Source: an uncultured archaeon (GTDB lineage: Archaea; Thermoplasmatota; Penumbrarchaeia; JASLWR01). Taken from it: a stretch of 64,000 nt of DNA. The stretch covers positions 152,790-216,789 of the forward strand of contig CAYFHS010000002.1 of assembly GCA_964342815.1 (NCBI GenBank), written 5' to 3'. The position numbers and the translations under genes were made by a program. The notes beneath the pieces are model-generated. The model worked only from the letters and a program-made list of their open reading frames with translations, was not told where the DNA came from and ran no database searches. Shown here piece by piece: positions 1 through 8,900 of this stretch (the first letter of the stretch is position 1; every line of letters starts with the position of its first letter).

Positions 1-659
1 TCTCTTACACCTTCCACCGGATGTGGATCGTGATCGCCGTGGATCGCCACCACCGGGCATTTTATTTTTGTGGCAAGCCCGAGAAGTTCCCCGCTGCTTC
101 TCAATTCCTCCGCATCGTCCCACACACTGCAGAAAACGTCGTAGTCGCATTCGGGCATTTCCATCTTTCGGAGCAGGAGATCGACCGAATCGGTCTTCAT
201 CGTCATTTCCCCAAGCCGGGTGAATATCCGGTTTTTATCGCGTTCCCACGGATCGATCAAGCGCTTCATCAATTTGCCGAGTTCGGATATCTCATCTACT
301 CCGAGGCGAGCCCGCCGCGTTTTCATGATCGCTTCCTCGTAGCCCGTTTCGAACACGGCGCTCGAAACCATGATGAGCCTTTTAACCATTTTTGGATATT
401 TGGCTGAAAAGACGTAGGCGAGCATGGCTCCCCATGAATGACCCACGAGGGTAACGGGACCTTTCCCATACCTCCTCACTGGAGAAAGAATTTCACCGAC
501 CTGTCCATCGAGAGTAGCCGCCCTGTGAATGGTCTCGATTACGCCCCGTTCGCGGGAGAGTACCCTTGCCACGGGAGCCATGTACCCGGGAGCACCGGGG
601 CCGCCGTGTATGACGACCACGTTGTAGGGCTCATTTCCATATGTTCTTGTGGTTTTCAT
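1..659 (-). CDS. alpha/beta-hydrolase fold protein (3' end truncated by window edge)
   Basis: Not in ORF track. Manual minus-strand translation from ATG 659 gives MKTTRTYGNEPYNVVVIHGGPGAPG...TLVGHSWGAML...AIHGDHDPHP: oxyanion HGGPG and nucleophile G-H-S-W-G motifs, open to the window edge. Confidence 0.85.
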   Translation of the reverse strand, partial: MKTTRTYGNEPYNVVVIHGGPGAPGYMAPVARVLSRERGVIETIHRAATLDGQVGEILSPVRRYGKGPVTLVGHSWGAMLAYVFSAKYPKMVKRLIMVSSAVFETGYEEAIMKTRRARLGVDEISELGKLMKRLIDPWERDKNRIFTRLGEMTMKTDSVDLLLRKMEMPECDYDVFCSVWDDAEELRSSGELLGLATKIKCPVVAIHGDHDPHPVEGVR

Positions 660-678
660 ATTCGGTCATATCCATTAT

Positions 679-942
679 TCATTCCGTCAAGCGACCCCTA
701 AGCTGCGCAATGGCTTCACCGTGGGTGAGATTCTCGAGAGTCATCGCCATTTCGTAATGCTTCTCGCAGAACCATACGGCATAGGGTGGGTGACCAACCA
801 TCCCCGTTTCTTTCATCTTGCAATCCCATTCTATGTCTGATTCCGTTCGTTTGAAATAGACCAATCCGCAGTCTTCCCTGAAAGGATCGAAATCATTTCC
901 GCATATTCTGCATTCCGGAGGCATCATGATAAGACCGTACAT
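679..942 (-). CDS. small hypothetical protein, possible Zn-binding (CxxC...CxxH)
   Basis: 87-aa ORF co-oriented with neighbours; CRIC and CEKH motifs. The start may be ATG 927/924. Confidence 0.6.
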   Translation of the reverse strand: MYGLIMMPPECRICGNDFDPFREDCGLVYFKRTESDIEWDCKMKETGMVGHPPYAVWFCEKHYEMAMTLENLTHGEAIAQLRGRLTE

Positions 943-1029
943 TTAAGGAAAATGAAGGTTCTTAAATTGTTTTCTCAAAATTCAAATGAAGAAAATTAAT
1001 AAAACCGGATAAAATACCATTAGATTATC

Positions 1030-1653
1030 TCAACTCATCGCCCTTAGCTTATTATACCGAAAACAATCTACCAGATGGTCATTCACCATCCCGGCTGCCT
1101 GCATGAATGCATAGCAGATCGTTGTCCCAACAAATTTGAATCCGCGTTTTTTTAACTCAGCGCTCATTGAATTGGATTCCGTGGAATGTGATGGGATCTC
1201 TTTTTCTGTTTTCCAATGGTTGACAATGGTTTTCCCCTCTGTAAACTGCCAGATGAACCGGTCGAAACTGCCATACTCTTTTCGGATATTCAGAAAAGTC
1301 TGAGCATTTGTCACGGTTGTTCGGATTTTCAGTTTATTTCGAATAATTGCCGGATTTTGAATCAATTCTCCAATTTTTGTTTCATCATATACAGCAATGA
1401 TTTCAGGCTGAAAGTTATCAAACGCTTTTCGGAAACCTTCCCTTTTTTTGAGTACGATCGCCCAACTCAATCCCGCCTGAAAAGTATCCAGCACCATGAA
1501 CTCAAATAGTTTTCGATCATCATGGACGGGGACTCCCCATTCTTTGTCATGATAAGTAATCATCAGCGGATCATCGCCAGGCCAAAAGCAGCGTTTTTTA
1601 TCGATATTGGAATTCATGATTTTCTCATCTTTTATTATTTTGTATTCGTTCAT
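1030..1653 (-). CDS. tag: DNA-3-methyladenine glycosylase I
   Basis: RCFW, YHDKEWGVPVHDDRKLFE, FQAGLSW, IIRNKLKI, GFKFVGTTICYAFMQAAGMVNDH: hallmark Tag motifs. Confidence 0.95.
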   Translation of the reverse strand: MNEYKIIKDEKIMNSNIDKKRCFWPGDDPLMITYHDKEWGVPVHDDRKLFEFMVLDTFQAGLSWAIVLKKREGFRKAFDNFQPEIIAVYDETKIGELIQNPAIIRNKLKIRTTVTNAQTFLNIRKEYGSFDRFIWQFTEGKTIVNHWKTEKEIPSHSTESNSMSAELKKRGFKFVGTTICYAFMQAAGMVNDHLVDCFRYNKLRAMS

Positions 1654-1674
1654 TCTTAAGAATTGTTTTGTACA

Positions 1675-3282
1675 TCAAAATCTCACGGGTTCGCAGAACT
1701 CACCGAACACTTCCCGGAAAACGTTTGCGATCTCACCCACCGTTGCATAAGCCTTGACCGCGTCTATGATATAGGGCATGAGATTCTCGCAGCCGGCTGC
1801 CTTTTCCCTCAGGATATCCAGTTTTTCACTTACCGCCGTATTGTTCCTCTCCGCTCTTATCGTTCGCAACCTATCTATCTGCTCGTCGGTCTTCTCTCTG
1901 TCGTAATCGTGGTACTCCACCGCCCGCTCATCTTCCTCGGTACGATATTTGTTGACGCCGACCTTCGAGATCTCTCCCGACTGTATCTTCCGTTCGGTCT
2001 CGTAAGCCTGCCGCGACACTTCCCTCTGTATGTACCCTTCCGATATGGCTTTGACTATACCGCCCTTATCGGCCACGTCCTTCATGCAGGCTTTTATCCG
2101 TCTTTCGAACTCCCCGGTGAGGGATTCCACGTAATATGAGCCGGCCAGAGGGTCCACGGTGTCTGCAAGGCCCATTTCCTCTACCAGTATCTGCATGGTC
2201 CGCAATGATAGGAGCGCGGCCTTCTTGGAGGGTATGGTATATGCCTCGTCGTAAGAGCACAGCGCCATTGTCTGTGTGCCGCTTAGAGCCGATATCAGTG
2301 CATAGTACGCGCCACGGACTATGTTGTTTTCCGGCTGCTCGATGGTAAGCCCGCCGCCTCCGCCGCCGGCGATCATTTTCATTTTCTGCGCTCTCGGATT
2401 CTCGCAGCCGTAATCGTTCCGGACAATTCTGGCCCACAATCCCCTTGCCGCCCGGAACTTGGCAATCTGTTCGAATAAGTTTCCGTGGATGTCGAAATTG
2501 AACGATAATCGAGCAATGAACGAGTCGGGGTCGAGTCCTCTTAGGAGAACATCGTCTATGTACGCTTTCGCGATTGCATAGGCATAAGCTATTTCCTGAA
2601 CCGGATTGGCGCCGGACTCTCTTATATGGTACCCGCACACGCTCACCGGGTAGTACATGGGCACGTTCCCTGCACAGAATTCTATTGTGTCGGTGACGAG
2701 CCTAATGGACGGTTCAACCGGGTATATCCACGTTCCGCGTCCAACGAACTCCTTCAGTATGTCGTTCTGTGCGGTCCCCCGGAGGCTCTCCAGCGGAACT
2801 CCACGCTTTTCCGCTATGACAAAGTACATGGCCATCATTACAGAAGCCATGGAATTGATGGTCAGGGACACGCTTATCCTGTCTATGGGTATGTCCCGGA
2901 AGGCTTCCTCCATGTCCTTCAGCGAATCTATGGCCATCCCCACTCTGCCAACCTCGCCAAAGGCCCGGGGGTCATCGGAGTCGAGTCCCAGCTGCGTGGG
3001 CAGATCGAAGGCAACGTTCAGGCCGGTCTGGCCCTGGGAAATAAGATACTTGAAACGCTCATTCGTTTCCCTTGCCGTGGCAAAACCCGAGTACTGTCTC
3101 ATGGTGAATGGACGCGCGCGGTACATGTACTGGTGTATACCTCTCGTAAACGGGAACTCTCCTGGTTTTCCAATATCCTTTTGGTAATTTCGATCAATCA
3201 CATCTTCCGGACCGTAGACCGGCTTGACCTCGATACCGGATTCCAGAACGACGTCCTTCAGTTTTAACTGAGGCCTAGGCAA
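1675..3282 (-). CDS. B12-dependent acyl-CoA mutase, large (substrate-binding) subunit, methylmalonyl-CoA mutase family with divergent active site
   Basis: PGEFPFTRG, TMRQYSGF, LNVAFDLPTQLGLDSD, GTAQNDILKE, GYHIRESGA, DPLAGSYYVE. The track start is 3303; the probable start is TTG 3282, 4 nt after GGTGAT. Confidence 0.92.
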   Translation of the reverse strand: MPRPQLKLKDVVLESGIEVKPVYGPEDVIDRNYQKDIGKPGEFPFTRGIHQYMYRARPFTMRQYSGFATARETNERFKYLISQGQTGLNVAFDLPTQLGLDSDDPRAFGEVGRVGMAIDSLKDMEEAFRDIPIDRISVSLTINSMASVMMAMYFVIAEKRGVPLESLRGTAQNDILKEFVGRGTWIYPVEPSIRLVTDTIEFCAGNVPMYYPVSVCGYHIRESGANPVQEIAYAYAIAKAYIDDVLLRGLDPDSFIARLSFNFDIHGNLFEQIAKFRAARGLWARIVRNDYGCENPRAQKMKMIAGGGGGGLTIEQPENNIVRGAYYALISALSGTQTMALCSYDEAYTIPSKKAALLSLRTMQILVEEMGLADTVDPLAGSYYVESLTGEFERRIKACMKDVADKGGIVKAISEGYIQREVSRQAYETERKIQSGEISKVGVNKYRTEEDERAVEYHDYDREKTDEQIDRLRTIRAERNNTAVSEKLDILREKAAGCENLMPYIIDAVKAYATVGEIANVFREVFGEFCEPVRF

Positions 3283-3673
3283 CTTTATCACCAACCCTCG
3301 CATTGATGAAATTAACTATGTCATTGAAATTGGATCCCGTGGGAAAGATCCCTGCCACACCTAGGGCATGGAGATCATCGAAATCCCTTTTCGGAATGTT
3401 TCCGCCAACGAGTACAATGACATCTTCCATTTTGTTGGCCCTAAGTTTCTCCGTGAGTCCCTTTGTAAGGGGAAGGTGGGCACCGGAAAGTATGCTGAGA
3501 CCTATGACGTTGACATCCTCCTGCAGAGCGGCTTCCACGATATTTTCAACCGTCCGGTGAAGACCGGTATAAATGACTTCGAACCCAGCTTCGATCAATG
3601 CATGCACTATCACCTTGGCGCCCCTATCGTGGCCGTCCAATCCCGGTTTTGCGATTAATATTCTCGTGGGAAT
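3275..3673 (-). CDS. B12-dependent acyl-CoA mutase, small cobalamin-binding subunit
   Basis: RILIAKPGLDGHDRG (DxHxxG), GLSILSGAH, VGG. The track start TTG 3640 truncates the conserved strand; the probable start is ATT 3673. Confidence 0.92.
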   Translation of the reverse strand: MPTRILIAKPGLDGHDRGAKVIVHALIEAGFEVIYTGLHRTVENIVEAALQEDVNVIGLSILSGAHLPLTKGLTEKLRANKMEDVIVLVGGNIPKRDFDDLHALGVAGIFPTGSNFNDIVNFINARVGDKVA

Positions 3674-3693
3674 GATATCACCTGTTAAAATTA

Positions 3694-4860
3694 TTAAAGT
3701 CCTAATTGCCTAGCTATCACATCTTGAAGTATCTCCGAGGTTCCGCCCCCAAACAGCAGGAATCTGGTATCCCGGTAGTATCTCGAAACGGCATACTCAT
3801 TGGAGAAACTGTAGCTTCCGTATATCCGCGTTGCCTGATCAGCTGCGCGGCATGCCACTTCCGAGACGAAATATTTTGCCATGGAAGCTTCCTTGAGGGC
3901 GTTCTCCCCCCTGTCGATCATACCCGTTACATGTTGTATTAAATGCTTGGATGCCTCGATCTCGGTGGCCATGGTAGCGAGTTTCATCCTTATGGCCTGG
4001 AACTTTCCGATAGGTCTTCCGAACTGTTCCCGCTCGGTTGCGTAACGGAAACCGTCATCATAGGCCGCACGTGCGAGGCCGAGACTTAGTGATGCCGTCA
4101 TTACGCGTATCTGGGCCAGTATCCTCATAAGGTTACCGATCCCCCTGCCTTCGTCACCGAGCCTATTTACCAGTGGTATGCGTACGTTATCGAAAGCAAG
4201 CTCGGAAATGATGGATGCCCGGGTTCCGATCTTGTCGAACTTTGGCGATACTGAAAGACCCTCCGTATTCCGGTCGATGAGAAAAAAATTAACACCCTTC
4301 AGTCCTTTTTTCCTGTCCGTTTGACATAGAACGGTGAACATGTCCGCCACCGGGCCGTTGGTGATCCAGGTCTTCGTACCGTTTATGACATATTCGTCAC
4401 CGTCCCGTACCGCGCTGGTTCGTACAGAATTCAGATCGGTTCCGGCATCAGGTTCGGTAAGAGCGAATGCCGCCACCTTCTCACCCCGAATTGCGGGTTT
4501 CAGGTATTTTTCGTGATGTTCGGGCGTACCGAACTTGAAGATGAAATTGGTACCCATTAGAGCCTGCATTGCGGTTATTGCACCGAGACTCATGGAACCC
4601 CGTGCGATCTCTTCGCACATTATGTTGTACAGAGTGGTATTGCCGCCGCCCCCGCCGATCTCCACTGGGTACCTGATGCCGAAAGCGCCGATGTCCGCAA
4701 GCTTTTTGAACATTGGAAATGGGAATTCCTCATTATCATCGATTTCCTTTGCCACAGGGATAATTTCCCGGTCGACGAATCTGGCAATCACGCTTCTCGT
4801 GAGAGCTTCCGTATTTTCGTCGATTTCTTTTGTTGATTTTTCAGCAAATGATATGTCCAT
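3694..4860 (-). CDS. acyl-CoA dehydrogenase family flavoprotein lacking canonical catalytic Glu (candidate decarboxylating 2-carboxyacyl-CoA dehydrogenase)
   Basis: AFALTEPDAGTD, NGTKTWITNG, REQFGRPIGKFQ, ASMAKY, RDTRFLLFGGGTSE. Probable ATG at 4860 (track 4869). The family call is secure; the specificity is inferred. Confidence 0.9.
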   Translation of the reverse strand: MDISFAEKSTKEIDENTEALTRSVIARFVDREIIPVAKEIDDNEEFPFPMFKKLADIGAFGIRYPVEIGGGGGNTTLYNIMCEEIARGSMSLGAITAMQALMGTNFIFKFGTPEHHEKYLKPAIRGEKVAAFALTEPDAGTDLNSVRTSAVRDGDEYVINGTKTWITNGPVADMFTVLCQTDRKKGLKGVNFFLIDRNTEGLSVSPKFDKIGTRASIISELAFDNVRIPLVNRLGDEGRGIGNLMRILAQIRVMTASLSLGLARAAYDDGFRYATEREQFGRPIGKFQAIRMKLATMATEIEASKHLIQHVTGMIDRGENALKEASMAKYFVSEVACRAADQATRIYGSYSFSNEYAVSRYYRDTRFLLFGGGTSEILQDVIARQLGL

Positions 4861-5142
4861 ACAGGGCACCTGTGGTAACAGTAGTAGGAAATTTTTTTAT
4901 TCTTTGTCGTCTTTGGAAAGTTTGAAAAGTATTCTGGTCGTATTTATTTCTTTCTTAACAAAAACATGAATCACCCATATTTTGGGTAAGAGATTAATTC
5001 CCCCGGGTCCGAATCGCAATGGAACTGATGGAATAATCAAGTGAATGTATGGATATACCCCGTGACTTGCCTTCTCACACGGCTGAATATCTACTTAATC
5101 GGGATGCGGTGGGAACGTTTCGGGAGCTACGACAACTTTCTT

Positions 5143-5871
5143 TTATGGATCGAGATCTTCGGGTGGCGGTATAATATCATTTGGGATTGGCTGATGTGGC
5201 GGAAGTGCTTTCACTTCTTTAGTTTGACCGGTTATTGGGAAGTTTTGGTGTTTTTTAAATTTCTTATGTTGTGCGCTAGGCTGTCGATCCTGAGAAAAAG
5301 ATGTGGTCAATCTCCCGTGGAATGGACGGCGGTCTGGAATGTCCAGCTCATCATCTGCGTCCTCAGTATCCGTCTCTTTTTTCTTAGATACAGTAGCCTT
5401 TTGAACACCACCTTCTTTTGGAATTGTTTTCCTTTTCGCTTCGCCACAGGAGTCTTGATCGTCTTGCAGAAACCGAAAATTGATAAACACATATATCCCG
5501 CCGATCATTATAACGAATAGGGAGAAAAGGGCTGTCCAAAATCTCGGGTCCCTTACAAGCTGAATCTCTTCATTTTCATCGGTATCCGAAGATACGGAAG
5601 AATTATTGAGCAAAATTTGTGAAAAAATGCTTTTTTTTATACTGATATGGAAATCACCCCCGATATCATCCCCTCGTAAAGTGTTGGGATTTTCGGATTC
5701 CAAATCCGCCGTCCTTGTTTTCACAGCTGCATCAATAGACCCATTGATATAGACATTCGTTATTCGAGAATCAGCGTCTTCTTCACAAACCTCTGCAAGA
5801 TGAGAGACTTTAATAAGAGAAACGATCAGTAGCAGCATGATTATCCATATCACGGTATGAAATTTCATCAT
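5143..5871 (-). CDS. single-pass membrane protein with signal peptide and Pro/charged cytoplasmic tail
   Basis: Hydrophobic N-terminus, TM segment FWTALFSLFVIMIGGIYVFI, tail ending VKALPPHQPIPNDIIPPPEDLDP. Lies directly downstream of the giant surface protein. Confidence 0.7.
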   Translation of the reverse strand: MMKFHTVIWIIMLLLIVSLIKVSHLAEVCEEDADSRITNVYINGSIDAAVKTRTADLESENPNTLRGDDIGGDFHISIKKSIFSQILLNNSSVSSDTDENEEIQLVRDPRFWTALFSLFVIMIGGIYVFINFRFLQDDQDSCGEAKRKTIPKEGGVQKATVSKKKETDTEDADDELDIPDRRPFHGRLTTSFSQDRQPSAQHKKFKKHQNFPITGQTKEVKALPPHQPIPNDIIPPPEDLDP

Positions 5872-5930
5872 GGAAGCATATCTCCATTTTAGGCTTTGAT
5901 TAGTGAGACCTGTTCACCATTGATAATATC

Positions 5931-8900
5931 TTACTGGATATTTTTTAGATCATTGGACAGCATCTTGTATTCCTCAACGGTAATTTCTTTATTTATCACT
6001 TTTTTCAGTAATTGTTTCATCATATCGTCCGTATCGTCCCAATCGACCTTCACTCCAACCTCTCGTTTTGCCGTCTTTTTGCTATCCTCGATACTCTTTA
6101 TTATTGCTTCCTGGCTTACCCTCGTAACAATATCCTGGTAATCGACTCCGCATTCTGAACATCGCCCGATTTGTATTCCGCACGTGAGATGAGAAATGTC
6201 TCCACAGGGGCATCGGATCGCCTGAAGACCTGCGCTAATGTCGCCATAGCATATTGAACAGGGCATGGAATCTTCCATTTTAAATAACATAGAACGTTTT
6301 ATGGACAAATAAGACGGCTTCTTTCTCAAACTGGGACTAAACATTGTGGGCCGATCTATTTCCTCCTCTGAAAATATCTGTGGAGTGTCTTCTTCGGGGG
6401 GCCGGAAGTCCGGTGGCGGAGGCAGAGGTTTTGTTAGCACAGGTTTAATGTCCATCCTCAATGGTGTTGAAGTTATGATGGGCTGGGTTTGAATGGCGCC
6501 CGGGATCACCGTATTCATCTCAGGAGAGGGCCCCCTTAGCCCTTTATGCTCGGTTAGATGCTCGGGAGGGATGAAAGGAACTGCCTCAACGCCCGGTATG
6601 GAATTAGACGTCACTGGCCCAGGCGGACCGATCGAAGGCAGTTTTCGTGGCCCCTCCCGCTTATTCTCCTCTTTTTTTCTGTTACCTTCATCCCAGGCTA
6701 CATCGATAGTAATGCCAGCTGTCTCCGGTAGAGCCTTTATGTGTTCATCCACCCTCCCAGTTCCCAATTTTGAAGTTTCATCCATAGCGGCTCTCATAAG
6801 CGGTTGCGGATAAGGCCCCCCTCCCGGTATGGTATTGCGTTCCTTTCCAGTACCGGCAGGTGGATGTGGGATGTCTCTAAATTGCTTGTCCATATCTTCA
6901 AGAGACTCTGCCGAGATATCTATTTCGTGCGGGTATTTCTCACCCTCGGTACCACCCCCCGCTTCGTTTTTCGTCATTTTCTGAGAATCCTTCTTGACAT
7001 CCGACGATAAATCTTGTGCCTTTCTTCTTTTTTTAATGAAAATAAGCAATACCAGTCCAACAACCAGCAGTGCAATTAAATTAAGCGGAATCGATATCCA
7101 TAGTGGAACTGTGGAAACTGGATCTGTTCTCCTACCCCCCCCATCATCGGTCACCCCGGGAATCTCATCATCGGGGTCATCGTCCGGCATATCATCATGG
7201 GGAATGGGCTCTTCTTTTCCAGTGGAATTTATTGATATATCGACAAAATCAATGGCACAATTTCCCGCGAGATCCTCCACAGTTAATTTCACGGTATAAT
7301 TTCCTTCTCTTAGGAATATGAAGGACGGAGTAGGATCGAAAAGACGCACGGTAGTATTATTATAGGAAAATGACCAGGTATAGTTTAAAATTCCGATATT
7401 ATCCCGGCTGTTCGTCCCGTTGAAAACTACGTTTTCACCTTTTTTCATCCTGATATTCTCTCCTGCATCAGGAAATGGAGCATCATTATCAGTTACATCC
7501 CGAACAGTTGAGGAAGAAGTTATTAAGTTCCCCGAAAAATCTGAGAACTGGAAATGGTAACCCATCATCGTCGAGTTCATTTCTATCGTAATTGTTCCTA
7601 TCCATTCGTTCCCTTTTTCATGATACAGAAATAATCTGTGATATTCAATTCCATCAGTTGTATAATTGGCGATAGCGGAGAATATTCCCACATTATCTTC
7701 AAGAAGAACCGAGAACGTAAAGGTATCGCCGGTTGTGGGAACCGTAGAGATATTATCTTTTATCAGGACGGGAAATTCATTGTCGTGGACATCTATTCTC
7801 CGTGGGGGACAAGTGTTGAAGTTTGGGGCATTATCCGAAATATGAAAAATATATTCGAGATATACGGCGCTTGAACTGATTTCGATAGTTGAGTTCCAGC
7901 TAAGTTCATTTTGTTTATACATGGATTGACGATAAAAGGTGCTGTTATCAAAAGTGTAATTGACCGAAGCCGAAGTAACTCCGATATTATCGGCAACCAT
8001 GAGAATAAAAGTAAAACTTTCACTGGTTACCGCCAGTTGAGATGTCTGGTCAGAAAGAAATATCGGAACATCATTGTCGCGGACCAATAAGATTTTTGAT
8101 AGGGTGGTGTTTTTATTATTTGCTTTATCTTCAAAATTGAAGAAATAGGTCAAATTGGTCGCACGGGAATTTATTCTAATTTTAAACGTCCACAGTGTTG
8201 AATTGATATTGTTTAACGGGACATTGAAGAAATCCTGGGAGTCAAATGCATAATTTATCCAAACGGAAGAAATATTAATATTGTCAGTAAATTCCGCGGA
8301 AAAAAGAAAATCTTCCCCAGTTGTGGAAGTCTCCGGGGTGTTATCTTTCAAGAGGATTGGCAGGTCATTATCCGTAACGGTAATGTTCCTAGCATCCGTT
8401 ATATTCCTATTTCCGGCAGCATCTCCGAAATAGAAATAATATGTAAAAAAGGTTGCCCAGGATGGTATATCAAGAGTCTTGTTCCATTGCATTGTTTCCA
8501 TATCGAACAACGACTCGTTATGGAATTGAATTCCGTCGAATGTATAGTTTATCAGCACGAAATCGACACGAATATTATCTGCGAAATCCGCCGTGATCTC
8601 GTAACGGTCCCCGGTTGTTGCAGAATTCATGGAATTATCGAGGATCAGTTCGGGTGCATCGTTATCATTGACCAATATGTTACTTCCATGAACCCTTTTC
8701 CAGTTTCTGCCGGCATCGAGTACAGAAAAATGATATGTGAGATTTGTGGCATTTTCAAGAAGCACCGTGTTATTATACCAAATATCGTTATCGTGATGGA
8801 CCAAAGATATGTTATGGAAGATTCTCCCGTTAATTGTATAATTAACCCATACATTGACCACCGCAATATTATCGATAACAGTGGCACTGAAGTTGAATAT

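Noticed and set aside
1675-3673. Plain methylmalonyl-CoA mutase annotation
   Set aside because: The family is right, but several conserved pocket residues are replaced and the neighbour is an atypical ACAD rather than an epimerase or MeaB, so no gene symbol was assigned.
4861-5142. Cobalamin riboswitch upstream of the mutase operon
   Set aside because: No B12-box or other consensus elements were recognisable on the minus strand.
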